A stretch of DNA of 13,745 nt, from assembly GCA_013331805.1 (NCBI GenBank), contig DUFS01000040.1, forward strand, positions 1,592-15,336, written 5' to 3'. The stretch is from Candidatus Micrarchaeota archaeon. Lineage in GTDB: Archaea > Micrarchaeota > Micrarchaeia > Anstonellales > Anstonellaceae. Positions 1 to 9,392 of this stretch are shown here, one piece after another. The stretch's first letter is position 1. Every line of letters starts with the position of its first letter. The notes beneath the pieces are model-generated. The model searched no databases. It was given only the letters and a program-made list of their open reading frames with translations, and was not told where the DNA came from. The position numbers were made by a program, and so were the translations under genes.

Positions 1-975
1 AACAGGATAATGTGCACGCGCGAAAAGGACAACACGCTGGTCACTGCAAAGGTTTTCTCCACGCGGTTCGGCTTCCGGGCCCGCTCTGTGGTGGAGCGGA
101 CGACCGAAGGGTTCATGCGCGTGGTGTTCCCTGCTTCGCCCAAGGACCTTCCGCTCATCTCCACGCTCCGCGCGCTTGGGATTGAAAAGAAGGAGGAAAT
201 ACTGTCTTCGTTCTCGCAGGACCGCAGCGTGAAAAACGACGTGCTTCTGAACCTCGAGCTGGACCAGACAAACAGCAAGGCATCAGCAATGGAGTTTCTG
301 GGCAAGAAGGCAGCCCCGGGTCAGGCCCAGGACTACAGGGAAAAGCGCGCAGAGATTCTACTTGACACTTACCTTCTCCCGCACATCGGCACCACTGCAG
401 AGGACCGCCTGAAAAAGGCGCACTACCTTTGCAAGATGGCCGAGCACGCGATAAAGGTCGCGCACAAGGACATACCGCAGGACGACAAGGACCATTATGC
501 GAACAAGAGGATAAAGCTGGCGGGCGACCTCATGGAGGACCTGTTCCGCTACGCATTCCAGTTCCTTGTCAAGGACGTTTCCTACCAGGCAGGCCGCGCG
601 GACGCCAGGGGCAGGCACCTTGCGGTGCAGACGCTCGTCCGCCCTGACGCGCTTTCGGACAGGATACGCTACTCAATGGCAACAGGCAACTGGATAGCGG
701 GGCAGACCGGGGTGAGCCAGCTTCTGGACCGGACCAGCTTCCTTTCCACAACCTCGCACCTGAGGAGGATAATCTCGCCCCTCTCAAGAAAGCACCCGCA
801 CTTCAAGGCGCGCGACCTGCACGGCACGCACTGGGGCAAGCTCTGCCCGAACGAAAGCCCCGAGGGCCCCTCATGCGCGCTGGTGAAGAACATGTCCCTT
901 CTCTGCGAAATATCCATAGGCGAGGACGAGAAGAACATCGAGGAAATCATATCCAAGCTGGGAGTCAAGCTCTAA
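1..975 (+). CDS. rpoB2: DNA-directed RNA polymerase subunit B'' (Rpo2N), 5' end outside the window
   Basis: Frame open from base 1; RpoB N-half motifs DDKDHYANKRIKLAGDL, ATGNW..GQTGVSQLLDR, SHLRR, ARDLHGTHWGKLCPNESPEG..C.LVKN; stop TAA 973-975. Confidence 0.96.
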   Translation, partial: NRIMCTREKDNTLVTAKVFSTRFGFRARSVVERTTEGFMRVVFPASPKDLPLISTLRALGIEKKEEILSSFSQDRSVKNDVLLNLELDQTNSKASAMEFLGKKAAPGQAQDYREKRAEILLDTYLLPHIGTTAEDRLKKAHYLCKMAEHAIKVAHKDIPQDDKDHYANKRIKLAGDLMEDLFRYAFQFLVKDVSYQAGRADARGRHLAVQTLVRPDALSDRIRYSMATGNWIAGQTGVSQLLDRTSFLSTTSHLRRIISPLSRKHPHFKARDLHGTHWGKLCPNESPEGPSCALVKNMSLLCEISIGEDEKNIEEIISKLGVKL

Positions 976-989
976 AAAAGGTAATCTTC

Positions 990-2852
990 ATGAAGCGGAA
1001 AAAAATCAGGAAAAGGAAGAAGCTCCTTCCGGGCGCGATCGGGCCCCGGACCTCGGTCTTCATAAACGGAAGATTGGTGGGAGAGCACGAAAAAGGCGAG
1101 GCGCTTGTAGCTGAGCTGAAAAGCAGGAGAAGGCAGGGCAGCCTTTCATCGCAGGTGAATTTCTACTTCAACAGGAAGTCCGACGATTTTTTCATCAACA
1201 CAGACTCGGGAAGGGCGCGCCGCCCCTACATCGTGGTGGAGGCAGGGCAGAGCCGCCTCACTCCCGTGCTTTTGGAGCAGCTCAAGAAAGGCGAGATAAC
1301 CTGGAACGGGCTCATCAAGCTCGGCGTGATCGAATACCTGGATGCAGAGGAGGAGGAAGGCGCGCTTGTAGCTCTCCGCGAGGAGAACCTGTCCCCCGAC
1401 CACACGCACCTTGAAATCGACCCGGTCTCGATTTTTGGAGTCACGGTCTCCGTGCTTCCGTTCCCGGAATACAACTCCTCGCCCAGGATCACCATGGCAT
1501 GCGCCATGGCAAAGCAGTCGCTCGGCACCTACTCGGTAAACTTCAACATGCGAAACGACTCGCGCGCACACATAATGTACTACCCCCAGCAGCCGCTTGC
1601 GCAGACGCACCCCTACAAGCTTCTCGGTTTCGCAGAGCGAGCCGCAGGGCAGAACTTCATAGTTGCAATCACCAGCTCCTACGGCTACAACATCGGCGAC
1701 GCGGTGGTCATGAACAAGAACGCGATCGACCGGGGATTGGGCAGGAGCGTATTCTACAAGGCGCACGAGTCAGAGGAGCGCCGCTACCCTGGCGGGCAGA
1801 AGGACACGTTTGAAATCCCGCTGCCCACGACCTCGGGCTACCGCGAGGAAAAGGCATACCGCTTCCTGGGCGAGGACGGCATGATCTCGCCCGAGTGCGA
1901 GGTGAAGGCAAAGGACGCGCTCGTCGGGAAAACCTCCCCTCCCCGTTTCCTTGAGGAAATCACGGTTTTCGGAGTTATTGAGGAAAAGAAGCGCGAGTCC
2001 TCATTGGTGTTGAAGTCAGGAGAGGACGGCGTGGTCGACTCGGTCATGCTCACTGATTCTCTCGCAGGCACCAAGCTCGTGAAGGTCCGCGTGCGCTCCA
2101 CCAAAGTGCCAGAGGTGGGCGACAAGTTCGCAAGCCGCCACGGGCAAAAGGGAGTCATCGGCCTTCTGCGGCCGCAGGAGGACATGCCCTTCACAGCGGA
2201 CGGCATAGTGCCCGACCTTATCATCAACCCGCACGCAATCCCCTCGAGGATGACAGTCGGCCACCTTCTTGAGATGCTGGGCAGCAAGGCAGCCTGCTAC
2301 TCAGGGAACCTGGTGGACGCCACGCCGTTTTCAGGCGACCGCGAGGAGGACATCCGCAAGATAATGAAGGAGCACAATCTGGAGGAATTCGGCGAGGAGA
2401 CGCTCTACGACGGCATCACCGGCATGCCCATAAAGACCAAGATATTCATCGGCGTGATTTACTACCAGAAGCTCCATCACCTGGTCTCGAACAAGATGCA
2501 CGTGCGCTCGCGCGGGCCTGTGCAGCTTCTCACCCACCAGCCGACCGAAGGCAGGTCCAGGGAGGGAGGACTGAGGTTCGGGGAGATGGAGCGCGACTGC
2601 CTGATCGGCTACGGCGCATCCATGCTTTTGAGGGAAAGGCTGCTGGACGAGTCTGACAAGACCTCGCTTTTGGTCTGCGAAAAGTGCGGCTCGATCGGCT
2701 ACCATGACTTCGTGAAGAACCGCGACAATTGCCCGCTTTGCGACGACTCCAAGCTGGAGCAGGTGGAGATGAGCTATGCGTTCAAGCTGCTCTTGGACGA
2801 AATAGAGTCGCTTGGGATCTTCCCGCGGCTGATACTGCGGGACAAGGCATAG
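990..2852 (+). CDS. rpoB1: DNA-directed RNA polymerase subunit B' (Rpo2C)
   Basis: VFINGRLVG, GDKFASRHGQKG, PDLIINPHAIPSRMT, YYQKLHHLV, GGLRFGEMERD, C-terminal CEKC...CPLC zinc ribbon. Start placed at ATG 990 (after AGGTAAT) rather than the ORF-track start 873, which overlaps rpoB''. Confidence 0.96.
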   Translation: MKRKKIRKRKKLLPGAIGPRTSVFINGRLVGEHEKGEALVAELKSRRRQGSLSSQVNFYFNRKSDDFFINTDSGRARRPYIVVEAGQSRLTPVLLEQLKKGEITWNGLIKLGVIEYLDAEEEEGALVALREENLSPDHTHLEIDPVSIFGVTVSVLPFPEYNSSPRITMACAMAKQSLGTYSVNFNMRNDSRAHIMYYPQQPLAQTHPYKLLGFAERAAGQNFIVAITSSYGYNIGDAVVMNKNAIDRGLGRSVFYKAHESEERRYPGGQKDTFEIPLPTTSGYREEKAYRFLGEDGMISPECEVKAKDALVGKTSPPRFLEEITVFGVIEEKKRESSLVLKSGEDGVVDSVMLTDSLAGTKLVKVRVRSTKVPEVGDKFASRHGQKGVIGLLRPQEDMPFTADGIVPDLIINPHAIPSRMTVGHLLEMLGSKAACYSGNLVDATPFSGDREEDIRKIMKEHNLEEFGEETLYDGITGMPIKTKIFIGVIYYQKLHHLVSNKMHVRSRGPVQLLTHQPTEGRSREGGLRFGEMERDCLIGYGASMLLRERLLDESDKTSLLVCEKCGSIGYHDFVKNRDNCPLCDDSKLEQVEMSYAFKLLLDEIESLGIFPRLILRDKA

Positions 2853-2893
2853 ATGGCGTGCTATGAATAATACTAGTAATTAACGGTGAACAA

Positions 2894-5443
2894 ATGGTTG
2901 TAATAAAAATGGTGGACAGGATCAAGTTTTCCCTCTTCTCGCCAGAGATGATAAGGAAGATGTCCTCGGCAAAAATCACCGTGCCCGACACCTACAACGA
3001 CGACTCCTACCCGATTGACGGCGGGCTGATGGACCTCCGCATGGGCGTCATTGACCCCGGCCTGAAGTGCAAGGTTTGCGGAGGCACTATCCGCTCCTGC
3101 CCAGGCCACTACGGGCACATCGAGCTTGTGCGGCCGGTCATCCATCCCGAATTTTCCAAGGTCATATTCTTCATACTCAAGTCCAGCTGCCACTCCTGCA
3201 AGAGGCTGCTTCTGCACCAGGACGAAATCGACGAGCTTGCGCGCAGGATCGAGTCCGACCTTGAGGAGGAGCCCAAGGCCAAGTCGAAAAAGCGCACCGA
3301 GTGCCCGCACTGCAAGGCGAAAATCGCGGAGATAAAGCTGCTGCGCCCGACGAGCTTTTTCAAGGACGGGCTGATGATGCTTCCCACCGAGGTGCGCGAC
3401 TGGCTTGCAGCCATCCCTGACAGGGACCTCAAGGTTCTCGGCTTCGACCCCCATTACGCGCGGCCTGAGTGGATGATAATCACGGCGCTCATAGTTCCCG
3501 CGGTTTCGGTCCGCCCCTCGATCACTCTTGAGACTGGCGACCGGTCCGAGGACGACCTCACGCACAAGCTTGTTGACATAATGAGGATAAACCAGCGCCT
3601 CGAGGCGAACATCAACGCCGGCGCGCCGCAGCTCATCATAGAGGACCTCTGGGAGCTGGTGCAGTACCACGTCACGACCTACTTCAACAACGAGACATCG
3701 AACATACCCCCTGCGCGCCACCGCTCCGGAAGGCCGCTCAAGACGCTTTCGCAGCGGCTGAAGGGCAAGGAGGGCAGGTTCAGGTACAACCTTTCTGGGA
3801 AGCGCGTGAACTTCTCGGCGCGCACCGTGATTTCGCCAGATCCCAATATCTCGATATCAGAAGTCGGCATCCCGAACTCGGTGGCAGAGGAAATGACAGT
3901 CCCCATCCGCGTTACCAGCTGGAACATCGAGGAATGCAAAAAGTACGTGCTTTCGGACGAATACCCCAAGGCCGAATACGTCATACGCCCGGACGGCAAG
4001 AGGATACGGGTGACAGCCACGGCGCGCGAGGAAATACTCACCACGTTCGGCGCGGGCTACGTTGTCGAGCGCCAGCTTATTGACGGCGACACCGTGCTTT
4101 TCAACAGGCAGCCCTCGCTTCACAGGGTCTCGATAATGTGCCATTCGGTCAGGGTGCTTCCGGGCAAGACATTCAGGCTCAACCCCGTGGTCTGCCCGCC
4201 CTACAACGCCGACTTTGACGGGGACGAAATGAACCTGCACGTCATCCAGAACGAGGAGGCCCGCGTTGAGGCGGAAATGCTGATGAAGGTGCACAACCAG
4301 ATAATCTCGCCCCGCCACGGGCACGCGATCATCAAGCCCCAGGAGGACTATGTCTCAGGCGCATACTTTTTCACAAAACAATCTGCCGAGTTTTCGAGAA
4401 GCGAGGCCTGCCAGCTCCTCGCAATGGCTGGCATAAGCAGGCTGCCCAACCCGGACCGCGGCGAGATGTTCTCGGGCAAGCTGATATTCTCCATGCTCCT
4501 TCCCAAGGAGCTGAACATCAAGGTCAAAAGCAAGCTGCAGAAGGCAAAGGACTCGTCAGATGACCCGGACTCGCTCATTGTCATCAAGAACGGCATCATG
4601 GTCTCTGGCGCGCTTGAGAGCCGCTCGTACGAGAACGAAATCCTTGAGCAGATATTCCACACCAAGGGCGCGGACGAGGCGCGCAAGTTCATAGACGTCT
4701 CCACCCACATGCTCCTTGACGTGATTTCCAAGCAGGGGCTTTCGGTCTCGCTGAGGAACTACTCGGTCGGCGCCGAAAACAGCAAGAAGCTTCTGGAAAT
4801 GCAGGACGACATGAAGCGCGAGGTCGAGGCTGCGATAATGCAGTTCAAGAACAAGACGCTCGAGCGCTCGCCCGGCTTGTCGCTTCGCGAGTCCCTGGAG
4901 GAGAAGATAATGCAGATCACCTCCCGCGCGCGCGAGTCCGCAGGCACCATGGTGGAGCGCTCGCTCGGCTTTGACAACACGGCGATCATCATGGCGAAAA
5001 TCGGCGCAAGGGGCTCGCTTCTGAACGCCATCCAGATGGCGGCAATGGTGGGCCAGCAGGCGGTCAGGAGCAAAAGGCTCACGCGCGGCTACCGCGGAAG
5101 GACGCTCATACACTTCAAGAGGAACGACCTTGGCGCAGGCGCGCGCGGCTTTGTTTTCAGCTCGTTCAAGACCGGGCTTTCCCCGACGGAATTCTTCCAC
5201 CACTCGATGGGAGGTCGCGAGTCGCTCGTGAACACGGCAATCAGGACCGCGCGCTCTGGCTACATGCAGCGCAGGCTGATCAACGCGCTGCAGGACATGG
5301 TGGTGATGCAGGACCTCTCTGTGCGCGACAGCCGAGGGGTGATCGTGCAGTTCAAGTTCGGGGGCGACGGCCAGGACCCGATCAAGGCCAACATAAAGAC
5401 CGAGGCGCCCGAGGAAATCAAGAGGGAAGAGCATGACGCTTAG
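2894..5443 (+). CDS. rpoA1: DNA-directed RNA polymerase subunit A' (Rpo1N)
   Basis: CKVC...CPGHYGH zinc site, LKGKEGRFRYNLSGKRV, NRQPSLH, catalytic YNADFDGDEMN, bridge helix TAIRTARSGYMQRRL; GGTGA at 2885-2889 (alternative ATG at 2909). Confidence 0.98.
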   Translation: MVVIKMVDRIKFSLFSPEMIRKMSSAKITVPDTYNDDSYPIDGGLMDLRMGVIDPGLKCKVCGGTIRSCPGHYGHIELVRPVIHPEFSKVIFFILKSSCHSCKRLLLHQDEIDELARRIESDLEEEPKAKSKKRTECPHCKAKIAEIKLLRPTSFFKDGLMMLPTEVRDWLAAIPDRDLKVLGFDPHYARPEWMIITALIVPAVSVRPSITLETGDRSEDDLTHKLVDIMRINQRLEANINAGAPQLIIEDLWELVQYHVTTYFNNETSNIPPARHRSGRPLKTLSQRLKGKEGRFRYNLSGKRVNFSARTVISPDPNISISEVGIPNSVAEEMTVPIRVTSWNIEECKKYVLSDEYPKAEYVIRPDGKRIRVTATAREEILTTFGAGYVVERQLIDGDTVLFNRQPSLHRVSIMCHSVRVLPGKTFRLNPVVCPPYNADFDGDEMNLHVIQNEEARVEAEMLMKVHNQIISPRHGHAIIKPQEDYVSGAYFFTKQSAEFSRSEACQLLAMAGISRLPNPDRGEMFSGKLIFSMLLPKELNIKVKSKLQKAKDSSDDPDSLIVIKNGIMVSGALESRSYENEILEQIFHTKGADEARKFIDVSTHMLLDVISKQGLSVSLRNYSVGAENSKKLLEMQDDMKREVEAAIMQFKNKTLERSPGLSLRESLEEKIMQITSRARESAGTMVERSLGFDNTAIIMAKIGARGSLLNAIQMAAMVGQQAVRSKRLTRGYRGRTLIHFKRNDLGAGARGFVFSSFKTGLSPTEFFHHSMGGRESLVNTAIRTARSGYMQRRLINALQDMVVMQDLSVRDSRGVIVQFKFGGDGQDPIKANIKTEAPEEIKREEHDA

Positions 5444-5454
5444 GTGATATTGAT

Positions 5455-6764
<1,310 letters not shown>

Positions 6765-6818
6765 GCGCGGCTCTTTTTATTCATTTTGATTCATATCGGA
6801 AGGCTTTGGGTTGATGGA

Positions 6819-7151
6819 ATGGCAAGGAAAAAATCCGCAGCAGCACAGGAAGGCTCCGGGTTAGCCCGCGCCATACGCCAGTGCGTGGACTCGGGCAAAG
6901 TCGAGTTCGGCACCAATACCGGCGTAAAGAAAGCCCTGCTGGGCGGCGCAAAGATGGTGGTGCTCTCCTCCAACTGCCCCAAGGAAACTACGCAGGACGT
7001 CCTGCGTTTCTCCAAGCTTTCGGGAATACCTGCCGTTGTTTTTGAGGGAACCTCGCTTGAGCTTGGCACAGTGGCAGGAAGGCCGCACCCGATCGCGGTG
7101 CTTACGGTAATAGACGCAGGCAACTCCGGAATAATGGAGTTTGCCAAGTGA
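6819..7151 (+). CDS. rpl30e: 50S ribosomal protein L30e (eL30)
   Basis: VDSGKVEFG, AKMVVLSSNCP, GTSLELGTVAGRPH, IDAGNS; canonical position after rpoA''; ATG 6819 preferred to TTG 6786. Confidence 0.93.
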   Translation: MARKKSAAAQEGSGLARAIRQCVDSGKVEFGTNTGVKKALLGGAKMVVLSSNCPKETTQDVLRFSKLSGIPAVVFEGTSLELGTVAGRPHPIAVLTVIDAGNSGIMEFAK

Positions 7152-7168
7152 TGAACAGCAGTGTTTGA

Positions 7169-7591
7169 ATGGTTGAGCTTTCGCACGACGACATAAAATG
7201 CATAGCGGCGTTCGAATCCGCAACCGGGGCAGCCGTAAAGGACTGCCTTATAACCGAGGACGCCGTTGCGTTCATAGTGAAGCAGGGCGATCTGGGGAAG
7301 GCAATAGGCAGGAAGGGCGCCAACATCACGCGCGTGCGGCAGATGTTCGCGCGCCAGGTGATGGTGTTCGAGGACTCGGAGGACATGGGGCAGTTCATCA
7401 GGAACCTGTTCGGCGCAGTGCCTGTGAAGAATATAAATGTTCATGAGAAAATGGAATCCAAAATCGCGTATGTTTCGGTGGACGACACTGACAGGGGCAC
7501 GGCAATAGGCCGCGACGGCAACAGGATCAAGCTCGGCCGCGCGCTTTTGCTTCGCCGCTTCAACTGCGACTTGCGGCTGGTTTCCAAGTAA
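7169..7591 (+). CDS. nusA: Archaeal NusA (two KH domains)
   Basis: 140 aa; [22 protein letters not shown] and [13 protein letters not shown] GxxG loops; canonical position between rpl30e and rps12. Confidence 0.95.
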   Translation: MVELSHDDIKCIAAFESATGAAVKDCLITEDAVAFIVKQGDLGKAIGRKGANITRVRQMFARQVMVFEDSEDMGQFIRNLFGAVPVKNINVHEKMESKIAYVSVDDTDRGTAIGRDGNRIKLGRALLLRRFNCDLRLVSK

Positions 7592-7608
7592 TCATTCAAA
7601 GTGGTTTT

Positions 7609-8037
7609 ATGGGAAGGGGAGAGCTTTCAGGAAGGTCGATTTACCGCAAGAGGAAGCGGCAGCGCTGGCTCAAGAAGACCTGGAAGCGCCGCTCGCTTCG
7701 CCTCAAGGAAAAGTACGACCCGCTGGAAGGCTCGCCCATGGCAAAGGGAATTGTCATTGAGAAAAAGGCGCTTGAGCAAAAGCAGCCCCACTCAGGGCTC
7801 ATCAAGTGCGTGAAAATTCAGCTCGTGAAGAACGGCAAGTTCGTGACGGCTTTCGCGCCGCGCTCAGGCGCCATCAACTACATTGACGAGCACGACGAGG
7901 TTACGGTGGACGGCCTTGGCGGAAGCCAGCGTGGCCAGATGGGCTCCATCCCCGGCGTGCGCTACAAGGTTGTAAAGGTCAACGGCGTGGACCTGCAGAT
8001 GCTGGTCCAGAAAAGAAAGGAGAAGCCCAAGAGGTAA
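7609..8037 (+). CDS. rps12: 30S ribosomal protein S12 (uS12)
   Basis: [59 protein letters not shown]. Confidence 0.97.
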   Translation: MGRGELSGRSIYRKRKRQRWLKKTWKRRSLRLKEKYDPLEGSPMAKGIVIEKKALEQKQPHSGLIKCVKIQLVKNGKFVTAFAPRSGAINYIDEHDEVTVDGLGGSQRGQMGSIPGVRYKVVKVNGVDLQMLVQKRKEKPKR

Positions 8038-8044
8038 TGATTGA

Positions 8045-8653
8045 ATGGATGTAAAACTTTTCGGCAAATACGACCTTGGCGAGGTCAAGGTTTCAGACCC
8101 CTCCTTTGCCCAATACGTGAACCTATCACCTGTCAGGATCCCCCATTCGCACGGAAGGCACACCAAGGCGCAGTTCGGCAAGCGCAACGTGAACGTGGTG
8201 GAGCGGCTGGCAAACAAGCTGATGAGGGGCGGCACTGGCGAGAAGACCTCGGGCAAGGTAATCCGCACTGACGGCAGGCTGCAGGGCAAGAAGACCCGCG
8301 CGCTTGGCATTGTTGAAAGGGCATTCGCAATTATCGAGAACCGCACCAAGAAAAATCCGGTGCAGCTTCTGGTTGACGCGGCGCAGAACGCTGCTCCCCG
8401 TGAAGACTTCACCCGCGTTTCCATGGGCGGCGTGTCCTACCAGGTTGCAGTTGATGTTTCAGCTTCCCGCAGGCTGGACATGGCCCTTCGCAACGTGGCT
8501 TTGGCAGCAATCATGGGCGCCTTTGACAAGAGAAAGACGCTGCACGAGGCCCTTGCCGATGAAATCGAATACGCCGCAAAGGGCGACGCGAATACATCCT
8601 ACGCAATAAAGAAAAGGGACGAAACCGAGAGGATGGCGCGCTCATCCCGTTAG
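8045..8653 (+). CDS. rps7: 30S ribosomal protein S7 (uS7)
   Basis: KLFGKYD, PHSHGRH, VERLANKLMR, NPVQLLV.A..NAAPRED, AVDVSASRRLD, SYAIKKRDETERMARSSR. Confidence 0.97.
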   Translation: MDVKLFGKYDLGEVKVSDPSFAQYVNLSPVRIPHSHGRHTKAQFGKRNVNVVERLANKLMRGGTGEKTSGKVIRTDGRLQGKKTRALGIVERAFAIIENRTKKNPVQLLVDAAQNAAPREDFTRVSMGGVSYQVAVDVSASRRLDMALRNVALAAIMGAFDKRKTLHEALADEIEYAAKGDANTSYAIKKRDETERMARSSR

Positions 8654-8684
8654 AGCGCGACAGATGGTGGTCCAGCAGGACCAG

Positions 8685-8708
8685 CGGATGGCAAGGAGCT
8701 CGCGTTAG
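8685..8708 (+). repeat. Synonymously recoded duplicate of the rps7 3' end (RMARSSR-stop)
   Basis: 8630-8653 AGG ATG GCG CGC TCA TCC CGT TAG and 8685-8708 CGG ATG GCA AGG AGC TCG CGT TAG both translate RMARSSR*. Confidence 0.85.
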
Positions 8709-8710
8709 GC

Positions 8711-8740
8711 TATTTTTTCTTTCCCTGTTCCAATTTTTCC
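8711..8740 (+). terminator. Putative archaeal T-rich terminator of the rpo-rps7 transcript
   Basis: TATTTTTTCTTTCCCTGTTCCAATTTTTCC pyrimidine tract between the convergent rps7 and pilin-like genes. Confidence 0.5.
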
Positions 8741-8741
8741 A

Positions 8742-9290
8742 CTACCTTCTTGTGCAAATTCCGACCAGCTCCACGGTTGAGCTTTCGTTTTCAAGTGACG
8801 AGGGGTTGCTGGCATGGTAGCTGATGACAAGCGCCATCCTGTAGCGGTTCCCATAGGCATATCCGTCAGGAGTCACGCAGGGGTTGGCTGGCGAGCCGGT
8901 GAAGTTCGCAGTGGTTATTATCTGCGTCTGTCCCGGAAGCACAATCATGGTGCATTCCCCTCCGCCGCAGCGGGAGCTTGCCGATTCCCAGGTGAATGGC
9001 ACAGAATGGTTGGAGAAGTCCAGGCTCACGCCTTCCAGGTAAATTGATTTTATCGTGAGGGTGACCGGCTCGTTGTTCACAAGCTCAACGAGCATCTGGT
9101 TGGGGTACATCTCGTGGTTGTTCAGTGAAAAAGGCCTTGCAGAGGCCCAGAACCTGTCCGACTCCTGCTTTTCCACCGCGTGGACATAGCTTGGCCACAC
9201 GACCAGGAGCGCAAGGACCACTATGAGGACAAGGAGGACGATTGCAAAAAGTATGAGCATTTCCGTGGTTGCCTGCGCGCGCAAATTCAT
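8742..9290 (-). CDS. Class III signal peptide (type IV pilin-like) surface protein, 182 aa
   Basis: N-terminus MNLRA/QATTEMLILFAIVLLVLIVVLALLV: basic residue, small residue at -1, Q+1, E+5, then a long hydrophobic helix; four Cys; sequons NHS, NFT, NES. ATG at 9290 chosen over 9323 because it gives a typical short prepilin leader. Confidence 0.8.
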   Translation of the reverse strand: MNLRAQATTEMLILFAIVLLVLIVVLALLVVWPSYVHAVEKQESDRFWASARPFSLNNHEMYPNQMLVELVNNEPVTLTIKSIYLEGVSLDFSNHSVPFTWESASSRCGGGECTMIVLPGQTQIITTANFTGSPANPCVTPDGYAYGNRYRMALVISYHASNPSSLENESSTVELVGICTRR

Positions 9291-9307
9291 CGTCTGACCC
9301 CATCCAG

Positions 9308-9392
9308 TCGAATATAAAAACATTATGCCATATAAAACCCTCGCTGCTTGAGTCCTGTTTCAAGTAAGTATATTTACGACGGGGTAATCGCG
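9308..9392. promoter_or_regulatory. Putative divergent promoter region for the pilin-like gene (-) and EF-2 (+)
   Basis: AT-rich gap with two ATATAAAA boxes (9312-9319, 9330-9337; TTTTATAT on the minus strand), TATATTTA at 9369-9376 and GGGGT at 9381-9385 before the EF-2 ATG. Confidence 0.5.

Noticed and set aside
873..992. Possible frameshift or sequencing error fusing rpoB'' and rpoB' (B' frame open from 873; A-run at 974-979)
   Set aside because: The break is at the usual archaeal B''/B' split position, B' has its own RBS-like motif and ATG, and the A-run begins within the stop codon.
2853..2893. AT-rich spacer with TACTAGTA palindrome (2871-2878) as operator or internal promoter
   Set aside because: A single 8-bp palindrome in an AT-rich spacer is not distinguishable from chance.
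6765..6818. T-rich tract with TTTTATTCAT/TTTGATTCAT near-repeat between rpoA'' and rpl30e
   Set aside because: Could be a terminator or a promoter, but the sequence alone cannot discriminate; low complexity.
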